NCBI GenBank assembly: GCA_965203295.1
Contig: CBDBCZ010000017.1
Location: forward strand, 2,464,001 to 2,528,000
Source of the DNA: Nitrospirales bacterium
GTDB taxonomy: Bacteria > Nitrospirota > Nitrospiria > Nitrospirales > UBA8639
Direction of reading: 5' to 3'
Length of the DNA stretch: 64,000 nt
Below are positions 60,398 to 64,000 of the stretch, one piece after another; positions within the stretch are counted from its first letter, which is position 1, and the number at the start of each line of letters is the position of its first letter. A program made the translations under genes and the position numbers. The notes beneath the pieces were generated by a model. The model worked only from the letters and a program-made list of their open reading frames with translations, was not told where the DNA came from and made no database searches.

Positions 60398-62472
60398 CTT
60401 TGACCTAGGCATTAGAGTGTCTGGCTGTTACACATGATGTTGTGGCGAGCTATTGATCCTAGGGGTGGTTTCTTGCTTGTTGTAATTATGTAGGAAAGCT
60501 ACAGCTCTGCATAACATGTGGCTATATTTTGTTGCATTTCCGTATTGTGTAAGCTTACATGGACGCACAGGTAGCCTCTGTTTTCTGACAAAACGGCGCT
60601 AGGCTTGGGCTAGAGGAGCAGCTGCTATAGCTAACTGTTGTACATGCTTAGCACTGCTTCTGGGAGTATTTCACCACTTGTGGCTGGTATTGTATACATG
60701 TGTTGGAAAGCTTATATCTACTTAGTGCATTCCGCGGAAAGGTTGCTGTTCAGAGTCATGACAAACTCCTTGGTAGTAAGTACTTGTTAAGATTCTTGGA
60801 CTATCATGTGATGATGTTAGGCAAACAATGCTTTTGGTCGGAGTCACAATTATAACTGTTTACCATTTATGTGTCTCAGTGTGTGACAGCGATGGTGAAT
60901 TTGTTTTGCATGGGGGGGGGGGGGGAGGGGGTGTTTTATGACCTGCAGAACACATGCAAGAAGCAAGAGCAAATGCACAGACCAAGGAGGCAGAGGCTGT
61001 GAGGTGTGGGAAATTTTAAATAGCGGTAAAGTGCTGTCATTATATTTCAGCTAATTTACCCAGGATGCAAAGTGCAAAGATAGCTTGCCGGTAAATACGT
61101 ATGTGGCTACATGTATTTTTTGTGCTATTTTTATTAGCCATGTACCAATAACAAAACTACTGCACTTTACAACCAGCCTGTATATTGTATGTTGCCCGTA
61201 AATAGTTGCCCGCCATTTATTTATCATTAGAGCTGGCCACTTTCAGACAGCGCACAGTTTTCTTTTGAGTGCCAGTGCTTATTCCTTGCCTGCATTTTGT
61301 ATGGAAAAGGCAGAGTGGGTTCAGAAACAGGTGAGAAACTCAAACACAACATAATGTTCTTGGCAATGTAATGATCGTGCAGGTACGTACGTGTGTGTAT
61401 GTGTGCAGACATAGCCTTTAATGTATGTATTTACCTGAGAATTACATTTAGCTATGTATATTATAGGTAGTGACAGTTGGTTCTGTCTACCTTACATGCA
61501 AAATTGTACTAGTAAAGGTGATTGGGGTACAAGCAGCCTTAGTGTTGCTAGAACAAGATGGTATTTATTTAATGAACCTGTCTATGCAGGGTAATTCTCA
61601 TGATGCACTCCTTGGCTTACAGAAGGCTGTGGAGTAAGTACTGTTGACCACAGTTGTTGAAGCACACTGTATGAATACTCATACACTGAGATGCTTGCAC
61701 ATGCAGCTGTGTGTATGTTAGAACGTGTACTAATGTGTGTACATACATACGTATGCCTTTTCATACTAGTTAAAGCATTGCTGTGAGTACACTACAAGAA
61801 CTATTGCATGGGGGTTTGGGAAGAGGCTAATAAAGGATGAGGCAAAGCCAAATTTTTATTAGTGGCAAGACCATACCTGAGTGCAATAATTCCTGTAGTG
61901 CATGAGCATATGCAATGCTTTAACTAATTTAGTGACATTCATGGCGAACGCAGAGTAGCTAATTGGAGGTGTTTATCATTGCTAACTTGCACTGGGACAG
62001 TCTGAATAGTTTCTAGTTTAAACTCGCTTTGACCTAGGCATTAGAGTGTCTGGCTGTTACACATGATGTTGTGGCGAGCTATTGATCCTAGGGGTGGTTT
62101 CTTGCTTGTTGTAATTATGTAGGAAAGCTACAGCTCTTCATAACGTGGCTATATTTTGTTGCATTTCCGTATTGTGTAAGCTTACATGGACGCACAGGTA
62201 GCCTCTGTTTTCTGACAAAACGGCGCTAGGCTTGGGCTAGAGGAGCAGCTGCTATAGCTAACTGTTGTACATGCTTAGCACTGCTTCTGGGAGTATTTCA
62301 CCACTTGTGGCTGGTATTGTATACATGTGTTGGAAAGCTTATATCTACTTAGTGCATTCCGCGGAAAGGTTGCTGTTCAGAGTGATGACAAACTCCTTGG
62401 TAGTAAGTACTTGTTAAGATTCTTTGACTATCATGTGATTATGTTAGGCAAACAATGCTTTTGGTTGGAGTA
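60398..62472 (+). repeat. Near-identical ~445-bp direct repeat pair (60398-60844 and 62027-62472)
   Basis: Both copies start CTTTGACCTAGGCATTAGAGTGTC and match with only a few differences up to ..GGAGT. Confidence 0.92.
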
Positions 62473-64000
62473 GAGTCAGCATAGGCTTGGGCACATGAAA
62501 ATAAAGCACACTTTGTTGATCTTGAACTGTTTCGTAATCTAAATATATGTGCTGTCAAAAATTCAGCTTCACCGAAATCTTGAGTGCCTGAGGGTGACTC
62601 TAATTATTCGAACAAAATAACATGTCTGCTGTTTGAATTCCAAAGGTTAATGATTGTTGCAGGAAACGTGGTGGGCGTTCAAATTATTTGCATATTTGTT
62701 TGAAACTAGATCTGAAAGAACACTTTTACAGCTCTAATTTGGTGAGTACAATCTTGGATTATTTTACAATGAGGTTTAAAAACGTAGCAGTGCCAGTATA
62801 CAGAATGGTGAGCACAGACTTCTTCGTCCAAGTGTGCATGCACAATTTTACAGTAGCTATTATAGAGGCATATAACTTGCTATTATTTGCAAAAGGCAAC
62901 TACAATGGTAGCCGACTTACCATACGTGCTCCAATTAAAACTCAACAACGATCGATTTTTTTTTGCCACTTGATTCTGCTCACTATCGTAGAAATTTCCT
63001 TTTATGTTGTTTGCTTCATTGTCAGATGGGTACTTATATTTGTAGGTTAGTTTTGTTCATTTAACTCTTTGCCAGCCTAAAGTAGAAAAAAGCATGTATT
63101 AATGCCTGATGTAAAATACATAATTCACAGAGAACTATATAGGGGAAAAAACATGAGAGTTAATTAACTAGAGTTTGTGGGAAGCCAGTACATGGGTGTT
63201 CAAATAATGGAGTAATAATTTCAGATTGGCTGTTTGATATGTATATATGTGTGTTTCCCTTGAAGAAGGGGGGTTTTCGAATAATTAGATGGTTGGAATA
63301 ATTAGAGTCACTACATAAACAGGATTTTGGGTTTACTGGCTTTCCAAAGGCCTCCTTTTGAGTGAGTGTAGGCACTATGCAGACAAACAACAGAAAAGCC
63401 CTGCTACATTTCAGCTTGTCTTATTGATGGGCAGGGATGCAATGAATATGGAGTCAGTGCAATTCACGTGAGAATCGAGTAAGGTCGCCAGTGACCCAAG
63501 TTTATGACATTGTAGTGAAATTGAATTAATAAGCTGTAGGTTGTACTGACTTCTGGCATATGTCTTTCTCTCCAGTGAGCAGTGGCCACAAGGGGTCATA
63601 AATCTTGATGGAACGGGTGAGAGTACTACCAGAAACATCATCCATGCTGAGGTACATACGTATGTAACTATGTTTGATGAGCTTATGCATACATTGTAGG
63701 TAAGGGTGTGAGTATGGGTATGGGCCAACCCCGGTACAGGTGAGGGTATACATGTTGTGGACAGAAATGTATTTTTATATAGTAGATGACGCAGTAAACA
63801 CAATGTACAAATACTGTATAAATCCCATTAACGCCTGATACTGTAAACATAATCAGATCCTATTTATACTGTATGGTTAGCACCCAATGATGTCTGTATA
63901 AGTCAAGAACTAAGATCGAGCTTCAGGGAGATCCCCATTGTGAATGGTGATGTCATAGTGAGTAGAGTCTTTTATTATTATATGTAGCACAGTTTGCAGG

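Overview
Eukaryotic, intron-containing, transposon-dense DNA from an animal. A marine invertebrate such as a demosponge is my guess from the short introns and repeat types; it is not proven. The main content is two nested DNA-transposon stacks. (1) A Tc1 (DD34E) element appears to run from before the window to 9136 and to carry a multi-exon BEN-domain-like cargo gene. That gene is split by a 5.4-kb KDZ/Zisupton-type element (1288-6729, 8-bp TSD GATAATGC, long repeat-built TIRs) encoding a KDZ transposase and a divergent NRF1/Erect-wing-like DNA-binding protein. (2) A 7.2-kb IS630-Tc1-mariner element (46837-54062, 29-bp TIRs, TA TSD) encodes a HIRAN-fused, long-spacer (~DD111E) transposase. It is split just before the catalytic Glu codon by an apparently intact Crypton tyrosine-recombinase element (50025-52015), which has a terminal hairpin and an internal inverted copy of its predicted circle junction. 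The rest holds two partial, decayed tandem copies of ATR kinase exons, a CACYBP 3' fragment, a solo LTR, many MITEs, a ~92-bp satellite and local duplications. All protein family calls come from motif recognition by eye; no database search was run.
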